Assembly: GCA_017404555.1 (NCBI GenBank)
Contig: JAFRCD010000001.1
Span: forward strand, 15,850-79,849
DNA length: 64,000 bases
Source of the DNA: Bacilli bacterium
Lineage (GTDB): Bacteria; Bacillota_I; Bacilli_A; RF39; UBA660
Direction of reading: 5' to 3'
The notes below the pieces were generated by a model that saw only the letters and a program-made list of their open reading frames with translations, had not been told where the DNA came from and ran no database searches. Made by a program: the position numbers and the translations under genes. Within the stretch, counting starts at the first letter, position 1. Each line of letters begins with the position of its first letter. This document shows positions 47,617-60,602 of the stretch, piece by piece.

Positions 47617-49767
47617 ATGGTTATTGGAGTTCTAGTAGAAATAACTAACAAAAATGTTGATAAACTATTTTATTATAAAGTACCTAAAAACTTAGAAAAA
47701 GATATTAGAATTGGTATTCGAGTTAAAGTTCCCTTTGCCAATAAAAAACTCGAAGGTTTTGTCTTGGAAATAACTAATAAAAAAATAGATATGGATTTAA
47801 AAGAAGTAATAGCTATTGTTGATAATGAGATAGTCTTAACTGAAGAATTAATTAAACTAGGTAAAGAAATGAAAGAATTAACTCTAGCATCATTAATTAG
47901 CTGTTACCAAGCGATGTTACCTAAGGCTTTAAAAGCAAAGAATAATACTTTGATTAATAAAAAGTATGATGTTTATTATCGTTTAAATAAAAAAGAAGAA
48001 AAATTTAATAGTAAACAACAAGAAATAATTTCTTTGTTTAAAGATAAAAAATTAGTACCTCGTCAAGAAATAATAAATATTTCTCTTAGTAGTTTAAATA
48101 CCTTAGTTAAAAAAGGTGTTCTTACTAAAGTGGAAAAAGAACACTATCGTTTAGAACACAACAATGAAAAAGTTAAAAAACATCCTTTAACTGCTGAACA
48201 AAAAGAGGTTGTTAGAAAAGTAGATATGGATCGTTTTAATACTTATTTATTATATGGGGTTACTGGTAGTGGTAAGACTGAAGTATATATGGAGTTGATT
48301 GAAAAAGCTCTTGAAAAAGGAAAAAGAGCTCTTGTTTTAGTACCTGAGATTTCTCTTACTGAACAGATGATAGATCGTTTTGAAAAACGTTTTGGTACAA
48401 GTATTGCAACTTTACATTCATCTCTTTCTGAAGGAGAAAAGTATGATGAATATCGAAGAATTAGTAAAGGGGAAGCTGATGTTGTAATTGGGGCTCGAAG
48501 TGCTGTTTTTGCGCCCATTAGTAATTTAGGTATTGTGGTTATTGATGAAGAGCATAGTGAGTCTTATAAACAAGATTCTACACCTCGCTATAATGCGATT
48601 GATATTGCTAAAATTAGAGCCAAAGATAATAATATTCCGCTTATACTAGGTTCTGCAACTCCACTTTTAGAATCATTTGCTAGAGCGAATAAAAAAGTTT
48701 ATAAACTATTAACTTTAAAGAATAGAATTAATACTACTTTACCAGCTATCGAGATTGTTGATTTAAATAAAGAAATCAAGTCTATGCAGGGACACTTTTC
48801 TTCTACATTAATTGAAAAGATGAAGGAAAAACTAGCTAGAGGAGAACAAGTCATCCTTCTTTTGAATAGAAGAGGTTATTCTTCTTTTGTCACTTGTCAA
48901 AATTGTGGTGAGGTTATTAAGTGTCCACACTGTGATATAACACTAACTTATCATAAAACTTCCCATAATTTACGCTGTCATTATTGTGGTTATGCGACTA
49001 AATTTTATGATAAATGTCCCAACTGTCAGGAACACGCCTTAAAAGATTTAGGGGTTGGTACCCAAAAAATAGAAGAGGAATTGAAAAACTTATTTCCTGA
49101 TAATAAAGTCATCAGAATGGATTTTGATACTACTAGTAGAAAAGGTATGCATGAGAAGATAATTAATACTTTTAAAAACCATGAAGCCGATATCTTATTA
49201 GGTACTCAAGTAGTCGCTAAGGGATTAGATTTTCCTAATGTTACTTTAGTTGGAGTAATTAATGCTGATACTTCTTTAAATATTCCTGATTTTAGAAGTA
49301 GTGAAAATACTTTCTCGCTACTTTTACAAGTGGCGGGACGTAGTGGTAGAAGAAACAAAGGAGAAGTTGTTATTCAGACTTATAATCCTGACCATTATGC
49401 CATAAAACTATTAAATGAACATAACTATGAAAAATTCTATCAACAAGAAATGATGATTCGCAGAAATTTAAAATATCCACCATATTATTATCTTGTTCAT
49501 ATTAGAGTAAGTAGTAAAAAAGAGGATTTACTTAGTCTAGAGACCAAAAAAATTATTGGAGCTTTAAAAAGAAACTTAAAAGAGACTATTATTCTTGGTC
49601 CTTCTATTAGTAATCCCTATAAATTAAACAATAATTTCCGTCTTTCTATTATCTTAAAATACAAGTATGAAGAAAGACTTAATGACACTTTGAATAAACT
49701 TATTGATCATTATAAAGGGAACAATAATATCAAAATTGATATTGATTTTAATCCTAGACACTTTTAA
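47617..49767 (+). CDS. priA: primosomal protein N' (PriA helicase)
   Basis: GVTGSGKTEVY Walker A, DEEH box, two Cys4 zinc-binding clusters (CQNCGEVIKCPHCD; CHYCGYATKFYDKCPNC) and a C-terminal helicase domain. Confidence 0.9.
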   Translation: MVIGVLVEITNKNVDKLFYYKVPKNLEKDIRIGIRVKVPFANKKLEGFVLEITNKKIDMDLKEVIAIVDNEIVLTEELIKLGKEMKELTLASLISCYQAMLPKALKAKNNTLINKKYDVYYRLNKKEEKFNSKQQEIISLFKDKKLVPRQEIINISLSSLNTLVKKGVLTKVEKEHYRLEHNNEKVKKHPLTAEQKEVVRKVDMDRFNTYLLYGVTGSGKTEVYMELIEKALEKGKRALVLVPEISLTEQMIDRFEKRFGTSIATLHSSLSEGEKYDEYRRISKGEADVVIGARSAVFAPISNLGIVVIDEEHSESYKQDSTPRYNAIDIAKIRAKDNNIPLILGSATPLLESFARANKKVYKLLTLKNRINTTLPAIEIVDLNKEIKSMQGHFSSTLIEKMKEKLARGEQVILLLNRRGYSSFVTCQNCGEVIKCPHCDITLTYHKTSHNLRCHYCGYATKFYDKCPNCQEHALKDLGVGTQKIEEELKNLFPDNKVIRMDFDTTSRKGMHEKIINTFKNHEADILLGTQVVAKGLDFPNVTLVGVINADTSLNIPDFRSSENTFSLLLQVAGRSGRRNKGEVVIQTYNPDHYAIKLLNEHNYEKFYQQEMMIRRNLKYPPYYYLVHIRVSSKKEDLLSLETKKIIGALKRNLKETIILGPSISNPYKLNNNFRLSIILKYKYEERLNDTLNKLIDHYKGNNNIKIDIDFNPRHF

Positions 49768-49849
49768 AAGAGATATATTATCTCTTTTAATAATTGTAAA
49801 AAAAGATATATTTTGATATACTTATATATATAGTAGAGGTGGTGGTAAA

Positions 49850-51055
49850 ATGATTGAGAAATTCTTAGAACGAGCTGATGTCTTAGATTTTTTAAGAGAA
49901 TGCTTAACGGATTCTAGATTTGTCAACACCACAACTTCAGAAATGTTTGAAGAAGACCTTTTCCTTAAGAATCAATATGGTCTTTTATTTGCCATGGATG
50001 CTTTGATTAAATTTGATATTATTGTTGGTGATCCAGACTTAATAGATGAATATGTGGCCCAACTTAGAAGAATTATGAAAAAGTTTAATACTGGTAATGA
50101 TCTTTATTTGGGACTTAATAAAACTTTAGGTAAGTTAATTGCTTCTAAACTTAATTTAGAAGATACTGATAGTCCTGAAAATAAAAAAGCTATTATCAAG
50201 TATATTTATGAACGATATATTCAAAACGGTTATATTTTCCATAGCTTTCCAGCAGAATATTTAGAAGAAATTAAAAATACTGGTATTGATAGTAGTGAAG
50301 CTTATTATAACTTGGAAGAAGTTAAAGAAATTGATGCCATCTTTAAGAATCATGGTATGGGTAAAATTTTTGATGGGTTAAATGAAAATCATAATTATGC
50401 CATTGATATTACTGATTCCCCATTAATTGCTTATTTCAATGCTTTAAATATGCCTAAATATTTAAATACTTTTACTTCTACTAATGAGTACTTACTTGAA
50501 AATAAGTATGATCGCAATGCCTTTTATAAAAAAGACAAAGTAGCTTGTTTAGATAATATTAAAAGACTATCTAATAATGCTGGTCTAACTAATCAAGAAA
50601 AAGAAAAAGTACTAGCTTTCTTTGAAAAAGAATGGAAGCTTTATAAATGTAATACTTGTAGTCCTTATATTATGTTTATTAAAAGAAGTTCTCTTTCTAA
50701 GAATTATTTAGATCACTATCAAGCTATTTTAGATAATTGTCATAAAGAAGATGTTTCCTTTAGTATTGAAAAAATATTAGAGAGTAGATATAAACATGAA
50801 AAGATAAGTGTTAAATTAAATCCTAATGATTATAAATTTGTTAAATTAGCTGGTTATAAAAAAGTGTATTTTGGAGATGAAGAAGGATTTGAAGAAATCT
50901 TTCCAGAAAAAGAAAAAGAAGAAGAGGAAACTCCATCTATGGGATTTGGTTTTGCTTTTGCTAATAACTATGGTGGACTAACAATAGTTTTCCTATTAGG
51001 GATAATTTTAGTGTTAGTTGGAATAATTTTAATATTATTAGGTTTCTATCAATAG
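49850..51055 (+). CDS. hypothetical protein with a C-terminal TM anchor
   Basis: 401-aa ORF with an RBS GGTGGTGG. The C-terminus has GGLTIVFLLGIILVLVGIILILLGF. Confidence 0.5.
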   Translation: MIEKFLERADVLDFLRECLTDSRFVNTTTSEMFEEDLFLKNQYGLLFAMDALIKFDIIVGDPDLIDEYVAQLRRIMKKFNTGNDLYLGLNKTLGKLIASKLNLEDTDSPENKKAIIKYIYERYIQNGYIFHSFPAEYLEEIKNTGIDSSEAYYNLEEVKEIDAIFKNHGMGKIFDGLNENHNYAIDITDSPLIAYFNALNMPKYLNTFTSTNEYLLENKYDRNAFYKKDKVACLDNIKRLSNNAGLTNQEKEKVLAFFEKEWKLYKCNTCSPYIMFIKRSSLSKNYLDHYQAILDNCHKEDVSFSIEKILESRYKHEKISVKLNPNDYKFVKLAGYKKVYFGDEEGFEEIFPEKEKEEEETPSMGFGFAFANNYGGLTIVFLLGIILVLVGIILILLGFYQ

Positions 51056-51067
51056 GAGATGATAACT

Positions 51068-52000
51068 ATGCAAGATAAAAGAGTAATATTTATGGGAACA
51101 CCAGAGTTTGCTTTACCAATTGTAAACTGTCTATATGAAAGTGTTAATTTAATTGGAATTATTTCTCAACCCAATAAAGAAGTAGGGAGAAAGAAAATAA
51201 TTGTTGATACTCCAACAGCGGCTTTTGCCAAAGAAAAAGGTGTTCACCTAATGCAACCAATAAAAGTAAGAGAAATTACTGAGGAGATTAAAGAGTTAAA
51301 TCCTGATATGATTGTTACCTGTGCTTATGGACAAATTGTTCCAGAAGAAATATTAAATATTCCTAAATATGGATGTATTAATGTTCATGGCTCACTTTTA
51401 CCTAAGTATCGTGGTGGTGCACCAATTCAACGGGCAATCATGAATGGAGAAGAAAAAACTGGTATCACTATTATGTACATGGATAAAGGAATGGATACTG
51501 GTGACATGATTAAAAAAGAAGAAGTAGAAATAGAAGAAACAGATAATTTAGAAACTCTTTCTAATAAATTATCATTATGTGGTGAAAAACTATTACGAGA
51601 AGTTCTACCAACTATTTTTGCTGGTACTAATGAACGAATTAAACAAAATGATGATGAAGCTACTTTGGCACCTATCATTAAAAAAACTGATGAGTTAATT
51701 GATTTTAATCAAACTAAAGAAGAAGTGTTTAATAAAATAAGAGGCTTATCACCAGTACCAGCAGGGTACTTTATGATGGATAATAAAAGAGTAAAAGTCT
51801 ATGAGTCTTATAAAAAAGATGAAAAGACTAAAGAGCCATCTATTATTTCTAATATTTATTCAGATGGTTTCGCTATTAGTACAACTAATGGAGAAATAGT
51901 AATTACTAAACTACAAGTTGAAGGTAAAAAACCTTCTTCTGGTAAAGACTATTTAAATGGAGTTAAAAAAGAAAGTTTACTTAATAAAAGAATTAATTAG
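51068..52000 (+). CDS. fmt: methionyl-tRNA formyltransferase
   Basis: N-terminal RVIFMGTPEFALP, the formyltransferase motifs NVHGSLLPKYRGGAPIQRAIMNGE and HxSLLPxxRG, and a C-terminal domain. Confidence 0.9.
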   Translation: MQDKRVIFMGTPEFALPIVNCLYESVNLIGIISQPNKEVGRKKIIVDTPTAAFAKEKGVHLMQPIKVREITEEIKELNPDMIVTCAYGQIVPEEILNIPKYGCINVHGSLLPKYRGGAPIQRAIMNGEEKTGITIMYMDKGMDTGDMIKKEEVEIEETDNLETLSNKLSLCGEKLLREVLPTIFAGTNERIKQNDDEATLAPIIKKTDELIDFNQTKEEVFNKIRGLSPVPAGYFMMDNKRVKVYESYKKDEKTKEPSIISNIYSDGFAISTTNGEIVITKLQVEGKKPSSGKDYLNGVKKESLLNKRIN

Positions 52001-52008
52001 GAGTGTCT

Positions 52009-52740
52009 ATGGAACCAAAGAAAAGTAAAATTGCTAGTATTATTACTTATATTAAAGAAGCTCGTAAAGACCCTAAGAAAAAAATGGTCTTGTTCTTTGC
52101 GTTTTACTTTGTTTTTTTCTTAATTATAATTATTATGGTACGACTAAATGGAAATAATACTTCTATCCAAAAAGAAAATCTTATTGGTAGTAAGTATAGT
52201 CTAAATCAATTAAAAAAAGGTAATTATCATTATGTATATGATTTAAAAATAGGTACTGAGGAAAAAGTAATTGATGGTGAAAGAAACGGTAATATTGAAA
52301 GTTTTGAAGTAAAAGAAAATGGTAAAGTTACAAGTTTCTATCAAAATAGTAAAGAATGTTTAAAGAAAGAAAATGGTACTTGGGTAAAGACTGAAAATCC
52401 CAATAAATATTCTTATATTACTGATATTGATAATTTAGAAAAGATTTTAGATAAAGCAACTTATATATCTAAGACAGAGTATAAAAGTGAAGAATTAGAC
52501 TTAAATTATGAAATTAGTACAACTACTCTTACTGAACTTTTAGATGGTAAAAAAATAGATATTGATGATGAAACTAATAAGATAGTTATTAGAACTGATA
52601 TAAATAAAGAAGCTTATGCTTTTACTATTGATTTAGAACCATACTTTACTTATATAAATAATAAAGATACTGAGGCTAGATTTAAGCTTACATATGATAA
52701 TTTTGGTAATGTAGAAGAAATAATAAATCCCAAGAAATAG
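52009..52740 (+). CDS. hypothetical membrane-anchored protein
   Basis: A basic N-terminus is followed by one TM (VLFFAFYFVFFLIIIIMV) and an extracytoplasmic domain. Confidence 0.45.
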   Translation: MEPKKSKIASIITYIKEARKDPKKKMVLFFAFYFVFFLIIIIMVRLNGNNTSIQKENLIGSKYSLNQLKKGNYHYVYDLKIGTEEKVIDGERNGNIESFEVKENGKVTSFYQNSKECLKKENGTWVKTENPNKYSYITDIDNLEKILDKATYISKTEYKSEELDLNYEISTTTLTELLDGKKIDIDDETNKIVIRTDINKEAYAFTIDLEPYFTYINNKDTEARFKLTYDNFGNVEEIINPKK

Positions 52741-52752
52741 GAGTGATAAACT

Positions 52753-53331
52753 ATGATGTATACAATTTTTAGTAAAAGAAATATAATAATTCTATCAGCG
52801 GTTTTATTAGTTTTAGTACTAGTTAACTCACTAGCTTATTCTAATGATGATTTTAAGATTAGTTTAAGATATGATAAGACAAAAGATACTAGTAAAGTAT
52901 TACATAGAAAGACAGATGAAAGTAAGAATGCTAAAAACGTTGAAGAGGTAACGTTAGTAGTAAAATATGATATTCGTGATGTTCGTGATAATGGTTATGC
53001 TCCTAATGATCTAGTTATAAAAGTAAATGGATTGGGTAATTACAGAGATGATCAAATGAAAGTTAATATTGATAAAAACATTGCTCAAGATAAGAATAGT
53101 ACTAATAAAGATGCAGATTTTACTTATTACTATAATAAAAGTACTAATCAATATATTTTTATGAATAATAAGCATATTAAAGATTATATGAAAGGGGAAA
53201 TTAAATTAACTTTCCATGTTAATAAAGAGAACATAATGGTTGATTATAAAACAGCTATAGTTGCCTCTTTAACCGCACCAGGAGATGTCAAAATAGGAAG
53301 TGATGAATTGTTATATGAAGAAAGAAGATAA
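52753..53331 (+). CDS. hypothetical secreted protein
   Basis: Signal-peptide-like N-terminus (IIILSAVLLVLVLVNSLAYS). The RBS AGGAG lies 9 nt upstream. Confidence 0.5.
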   Translation: MMYTIFSKRNIIILSAVLLVLVLVNSLAYSNDDFKISLRYDKTKDTSKVLHRKTDESKNAKNVEEVTLVVKYDIRDVRDNGYAPNDLVIKVNGLGNYRDDQMKVNIDKNIAQDKNSTNKDADFTYYYNKSTNQYIFMNNKHIKDYMKGEIKLTFHVNKENIMVDYKTAIVASLTAPGDVKIGSDELLYEERR

Positions 53332-53391
53332 TTCTTTCTTTTTTAATGCAAAATTATTAAAAATTTGGTAAAATTAATATAGGTGATAAAC

Positions 53392-55373
<1,982 letters not shown>

Positions 55374-55536
55374 TTTATAAAAAAGAATAAGGGGTTGGCA
55401 CGCATTTACTATGCGTGTCTTCTTAATTAAGAAAAATACTATAATAGTATTTATGCTATAATTAATATAGTTTTGACAAATATAAACAGTAATGCTAGAA
55501 TAAAAAGCATTAAAAGAAAGCTTATGGAGGTAAAAA

Positions 55537-57542
55537 TGGACATAAAACTATTAGAAAAATTAAAACTAGATTTAAAAGAAGCTATTAACAAAAAAGATGT
55601 AGCTAAAATTGAGGAAATAAGTAAAATACTAAATATTTCTGAAGAACAGAAAAGGTATTTTGATAAAGGCTTAACAGGATACTCATCAATAGATGAACCG
55701 TGGATGAGAAACTATCAACCGGGTGCTAGAGAAATAGCTGAAAGTATTGATAGAACCAAATCAATATCTGATACTATTATAGATAAATTTGATGAACAAA
55801 AAGAAATACCAGCTTTAAAATATTTTAATTCAACACTAAGTAGAGATGATTTTAAATTACTAATAGAAAAATGGGCCAAAGCTTTTAGAGAAATAGGAGT
55901 AGAAGCCGATGAAGTAGTACCAATTTATGGAACTTTCTTTCCAGATGTATGTGCTATGATTTTAGCGTTAAATCAAATAGGTGCAGTTTCTTATTCCTTA
56001 AAACTAACAGAGACTAAAGAAGACTTTGAAAGAGAGACATCTGAGTCAAAGGTAGCTATTGTATATGATGGAATGTGGAATAACGTAAAAGATGTATTTA
56101 GTGATGACAGATTTAAATATGTTATCTCTGTAAGTGCTGCTGATGGAGTTTTACCACCATTAAAACAAGTTGTTAAATTTAAAAGTCATCTAGAGGCAGT
56201 TAAAAACAAGTCTAAAATGCCTTCGTCTAAGAAGTTTTTACATTCAAAAGACATGATGGAAATGGCAGATGCTTATAGTGGAAAGTATAAAGAAGAATTT
56301 AAAAAAGAAAGAACAGCATTTATTACAAGTAGTAGTGGTTCTACTATAGATGGCCAGGTTAAGGGGATAATGACAACAAATGAGGCGGCAGTTACACAGC
56401 TTGGGAAATGTGTAGCAGCAGAAATGCCATTCAATTATGGAGAAAACGTTCTTACCAACATGCCACCTACGGCATCAACAGCTTTGTTTTGTTTGTACCT
56501 TTTACCATTATATAAAGGTATGACAATAATTGATGATCCAAGATTGAACGAGAATACATTTTATTCACAAGTCCTACATTATAAACCACAAGTTGCAATT
56601 ATGACGGGAAGCTTTTGGAAGAAGTTTTTCAGTCAGTTGAAAGAAGATGCCCAAAAAAAGGGAATACCAAACTTGGACTTTTTACGATTCCCAGGAATTG
56701 GTGGAGAAGGAATTACACCGAGGGAATTAGAGTCTATGGATCAAATCCTAAAGTTTTGTGGCTCACCGGTTTCTATCTTTAATGGATATGGTATGTCTGA
56801 ATTCTTTTCTATTTATTCAGTTGATAAAGAGGATGTTAAATCCAAAAGAAATAGATTAAAACCAACTATAAGTGTTGGATTGCCTTTACCAAATGTAAGA
56901 GCAGGAATTTTTGATGAAAAAGGAAATGAGCTTGGATATAATGAGCGTGGTGAATTATACATGGGTGATGATACTGTAGTAATGAAAGGATATTATAACA
57001 AACCCGAATTAACTGCAGAAGCTTTACAAGATGATTGGCTTCATACCGGTGATATGGCTGAAATAGATGAAGAAGGATATTTATATGTTTATGGTAGAAA
57101 AAAAGATAAAACAACTTTAGTCAACGGAAAGGAAGTATATCTTTTTGATATAGCAAATAAAATAAGAGAAGACACCAACATATTAGATGTAGTAGTTTTT
57201 TCAGTACCACTAGTGGATAAAACAAATGCATTATTAGCTCATATTATATTTGAACCAAATTTCTATGGTGATAAAAACAACGAGTTAGAATCAATTGACA
57301 AATACTTAGAAGCGTCTTTTGAAGGTAACGTTAAAATAGATGGATATAAAGAACATGAAAAAGCATTTACAATTTCTCCTACAACTGCCAAAATGGATAG
57401 AAACAGCATGTATCACGATAGAGATAATTATGTAAAAGTGATTGATGGAAAAGAGTATAGAGTTGATTTACAAGAAACAGAATTTGGTGCAGTCAAAGAG
57501 ATGGCAAAGAAAGAAGAAAAAGTATTAAAAAAGCGAATGTAA
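55537..57542 (+). CDS. AMP-binding (adenylate-forming) enzyme, acyl-CoA synthetase family
   Basis: SSGSTIDGQVKG (P-loop-like motif I variant), YGMSEF, GELYMGDD...KGYY and WLHTGDMAEIDEEGYLYVYGRKKD are the core ANL-superfamily motifs. Confidence 0.75.
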
Positions 57543-57587
57543 AATTTGCTTTTTTTGTGTTATAATAGATTAAGGTAGGTGGCTTGT

Positions 57588-59468
57588 ATGTGGAATATTT
57601 TATTCTTATTTCAAGGATTACTTTATATTTGCTTATTATTAATAGTATTTAAATCCAAAAAGAGAATTGAATCCGAAGAAAATAAGATATTTAGAATTAT
57701 GACAGTAGAGATTATAATAACCTTTATTATTGAAATTCTTCTTCAAATATCTTTTAGAAATATAGGCGTTGATAGTCCGTTAACAGTCATTTTGGGAAGA
57801 ATATACTTAGTTGGATTATATATATGGTTCTGCTATTTAACAATATACACATACTACATAGCCAGAGCAAAAGATAAAGAAGAAACAGGGGCGAAAAACT
57901 ATAAAATTTTTAAAAGTATAATATATATAGTTATGATTATAGGGACCATATTATATTTGACACTTCCAATGTATCTAACGCACGAAGGAGATATTAATTA
58001 TAGCTATGGTCCAGCAGTTACATTATTGAAAGTATCTATAGGAACAGGTACAGTAATTTGGTTGATATTATTAATACTTAATAGAAGTAGATTCAAAAAA
58101 CAATTTGTGCCTATCTATACAACAATGATGATGCTTATTGTAAACGTTATTCTACAAACTATTAATCCATCAATTCTAATTGCTACTGCTACATTTGGTT
58201 TTACACTATACATCATGTTCTTTACAATAGAAAATCCAGATTTGAAAATGTTACATGAAACAGAAGCAGCTAAGATTCATGCTGAAAAAGCAAATAGAGC
58301 TAAGAGTGATTTCTTATCTTCAATGTCACATGAGATTAAAACCCCATTAAATGCTATTATTGGGTTCTCTGAAGATATAAGAGATTATATTGATAGTGGT
58401 GATACAGCGCGTATTAAAGAGGATTCTGAACTCATTCTTGCTTCATCAGAAACACTATTAGAAATAGTTGGTAATATTCTTGATATTAGTAAAATTGAAA
58501 GTGAAAAAATGGATATTGTTGAAGGAACATATAATCCTAAAGAAGAAATAGAAAAATTAACAAAAATAACATCTACTAAAATTGGAGATAAACCAATTAA
58601 GTTTAATCTACATATTGCCGAAGATATTCCGTATGAACTTATGGGCGATTCTGGCAAAGTTAAACAGATAATAAACAACTTATTAACTAATGCCATTAAG
58701 TACACTGATCAAGGTGAAATAAATTTAAGAATAGATTGTATCAATCAGAATAATATTTCTTTATTAAAAGTATCTTGTCAAGATACTGGTCGTGGAATCA
58801 AGAAAGAAAATGTTGAGAAACTATTTACTAAGTTTGAACGTCTTGATGCTGAAAAAAATTCTACTACTGAAGGTACTGGTTTAGGACTTGCTATTACGAA
58901 AAATTTAGTTGAAATGATGGGTGGTAATATTAATGTTTCCTCTCAATTTGGTAAGGGGTCAATATTCGTTGCCCAAATACCACAGAGAATAAAGACTTTA
59001 CATACTCCAGTTAGTCAAGAAACGCCTAATGTACCAGCAACACCTTCAAAAAGACAAGAAAAAATAGACGGTAAAATATTAGTAGTAGATGATAATAACT
59101 TAAATATTGTTGTGGCTAAGAAAGCTTTAGAAGAACTTATTGATAATATTGATACAGCTCTTAGCGGACAGGAATGTTTAGATAAAATTAATAATGGTGA
59201 AAAATATGATCTTATCTTAATGGATATTATGATGCCTGAGATGAGTGGAGAGACAACCTTTACTAAATTAAGAGAAATTGAAGGATTTAATACTCCTGTT
59301 ATCGCAGTTACTGCTGATACTGAAGCTGGTTCTAAGGAAAAGTACATATCAGAAGGATTTATTGATTATGTAGCAAAACCATTTAAAAAAGAAGAAATTA
59401 AAACTTATTTAGAAAAGTATTTAAATAAGAAAGAAACAGAAGTAAAAGAAGAAATAGAAACACTGTAA
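57588..59468 (+). CDS. hybrid sensor histidine kinase (polytopic N-terminal sensor, HisKA, HATPase_c, C-terminal receiver)
   Basis: Six predicted TM segments. The H-box is SHEIKTPLNAI. The G-boxes are DTGRGI and GTGLGLAI. The receiver domain has ILVVDDNNLN...DLILMDIMMPEMSG. Confidence 0.85.
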   Translation: MWNILFLFQGLLYICLLLIVFKSKKRIESEENKIFRIMTVEIIITFIIEILLQISFRNIGVDSPLTVILGRIYLVGLYIWFCYLTIYTYYIARAKDKEETGAKNYKIFKSIIYIVMIIGTILYLTLPMYLTHEGDINYSYGPAVTLLKVSIGTGTVIWLILLILNRSRFKKQFVPIYTTMMMLIVNVILQTINPSILIATATFGFTLYIMFFTIENPDLKMLHETEAAKIHAEKANRAKSDFLSSMSHEIKTPLNAIIGFSEDIRDYIDSGDTARIKEDSELILASSETLLEIVGNILDISKIESEKMDIVEGTYNPKEEIEKLTKITSTKIGDKPIKFNLHIAEDIPYELMGDSGKVKQIINNLLTNAIKYTDQGEINLRIDCINQNNISLLKVSCQDTGRGIKKENVEKLFTKFERLDAEKNSTTEGTGLGLAITKNLVEMMGGNINVSSQFGKGSIFVAQIPQRIKTLHTPVSQETPNVPATPSKRQEKIDGKILVVDDNNLNIVVAKKALEELIDNIDTALSGQECLDKINNGEKYDLILMDIMMPEMSGETTFTKLREIEGFNTPVIAVTADTEAGSKEKYISEGFIDYVAKPFKKEEIKTYLEKYLNKKETEVKEEIETL

Positions 59469-59485
59469 AAGTGTTTCTTTTTTTT
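59457..59485 (+). terminator. rho-independent terminator
   Basis: gaaacac-tgtaaaa-gtgtttc followed by a T8 run. Confidence 0.7.
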
Positions 59486-59525
59486 GGTATTTATGATAAA
59501 ATAATAACGAAAAAGAGGTGGTATT

Positions 59526-60239
59526 ATGCCTAGTGGTTTTTATGGAGATACACACAAGAAGAAGACAAGTAAAAAGAAGGCTGCAACTAAGCCTAAAAAA
59601 GTGAATACTAACGTACCTAAATTAGAAAAAGTTAAGAAAGTAAAGACTTCAAAGAAAAAAGAAAAGGGTCCTAAGAAAATAGTTAATATTATCTGCTTAG
59701 TTATTGTTGCCTTAGTAGTTTTATCTGCTATTGACTATGTTTTAGTATCTAAATATGAAAAAGGACCATTCTTTGCTATTAAGACGAAGACTCATTCTGA
59801 TGGTGGTACTAAAGAATACTATGGTTTGTTCTATAAAGTTATTAAATATGATCAGAGTATTGGTCGTAAAGACATGGAAGTAGGTAGCTGGGGATTAAAA
59901 TACTATGTAGAGCCAATTGATTATTCAACTCTAGATTTAGCTCTAGATCTTAACAACAAGCCTAAAGAAACATATAAGAAAATATCTAAGAAATTTATGC
60001 GAATTAGTGGAGAAGTTTTAGAGGGTAACGATCTCAATAACGAACTTACTTTACACTATAAAGATCCTGATGGTGACTATACTTTAAACATAGTATGTAA
60101 AATGTGGTCATCTAATGCCTTAGTAAGTGATTATATTAAAGGTGATAATGTTACTGTTTTAGGTACAGTTACTAAATTTGAAATGAAGAGTAAAAGGAAA
60201 CCTAATACCTTAACTCTAAAGAATTGTTTTGGATCTTAA
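59526..60239 (+). CDS. hypothetical membrane protein with a highly basic N-terminal tail
   Basis: KKKTSKKKAATKPKK...KKEKGPKK is followed by one TM (IICLVIVALVVLSAI) and an extracytoplasmic domain of about 170 aa. Confidence 0.5.
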   Translation: MPSGFYGDTHKKKTSKKKAATKPKKVNTNVPKLEKVKKVKTSKKKEKGPKKIVNIICLVIVALVVLSAIDYVLVSKYEKGPFFAIKTKTHSDGGTKEYYGLFYKVIKYDQSIGRKDMEVGSWGLKYYVEPIDYSTLDLALDLNNKPKETYKKISKKFMRISGEVLEGNDLNNELTLHYKDPDGDYTLNIVCKMWSSNALVSDYIKGDNVTVLGTVTKFEMKSKRKPNTLTLKNCFGS

Positions 60240-60250
60240 AAATAATTGAA

Positions 60251-60275
60251 AATAACCTCCAAGAGGTTATTTTTT
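60251..60275 (+). terminator. rho-independent terminator
   Basis: aataacctc-caa-gaggttatt followed by ttttt. Confidence 0.65.
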
Positions 60276-60311
60276 GTGGTATAATAATGATAGCTAAAAA
60301 GGGAGGTTATT

Positions 60312-60602
60312 ATGGATAAATTAACCGAAGAAGAAGTAATGCATGTCGCTAAACTAGCGCGGATTGAAATAAGTAAAGAAGAATTAGAAAAATACCAAGT
60401 TAGTTTAAAGAAAATATTTGCTGAAATTGAAAAAATTAAAGAAATTGAAATCGAAGGGGATATATTGATTAGTCCTACTTCTTCAGTGTGCCCTTTAGAA
60501 AGTATTACTGACTCTATTAGTAACCCCAAAGAAATACTAGCTAATGCCAATGATACTAGTGGCAACTATATTAAAGTTCCGGTGGTGATTGATCATGAGT
60601 AA
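60312..60602 (+). CDS. gatC: Asp/Glu-tRNA amidotransferase subunit C
   Basis: 96 aa. The N-terminus (LTEEEVMHVAKLARIEISKEELEKY) is typical of GatC. The gatCAB order supports the call. Confidence 0.85.
   Translation: MDKLTEEEVMHVAKLARIEISKEELEKYQVSLKKIFAEIEKIKEIEIEGDILISPTSSVCPLESITDSISNPKEILANANDTSGNYIKVPVVIDHE

Noticed and set aside
60236-60565. 109-aa minus-strand ORF overlapping gatC
   Set aside because: It is antisense to a well-supported conserved gene (gatC) and to a terminator hairpin. It has no RBS and a low-complexity translation.
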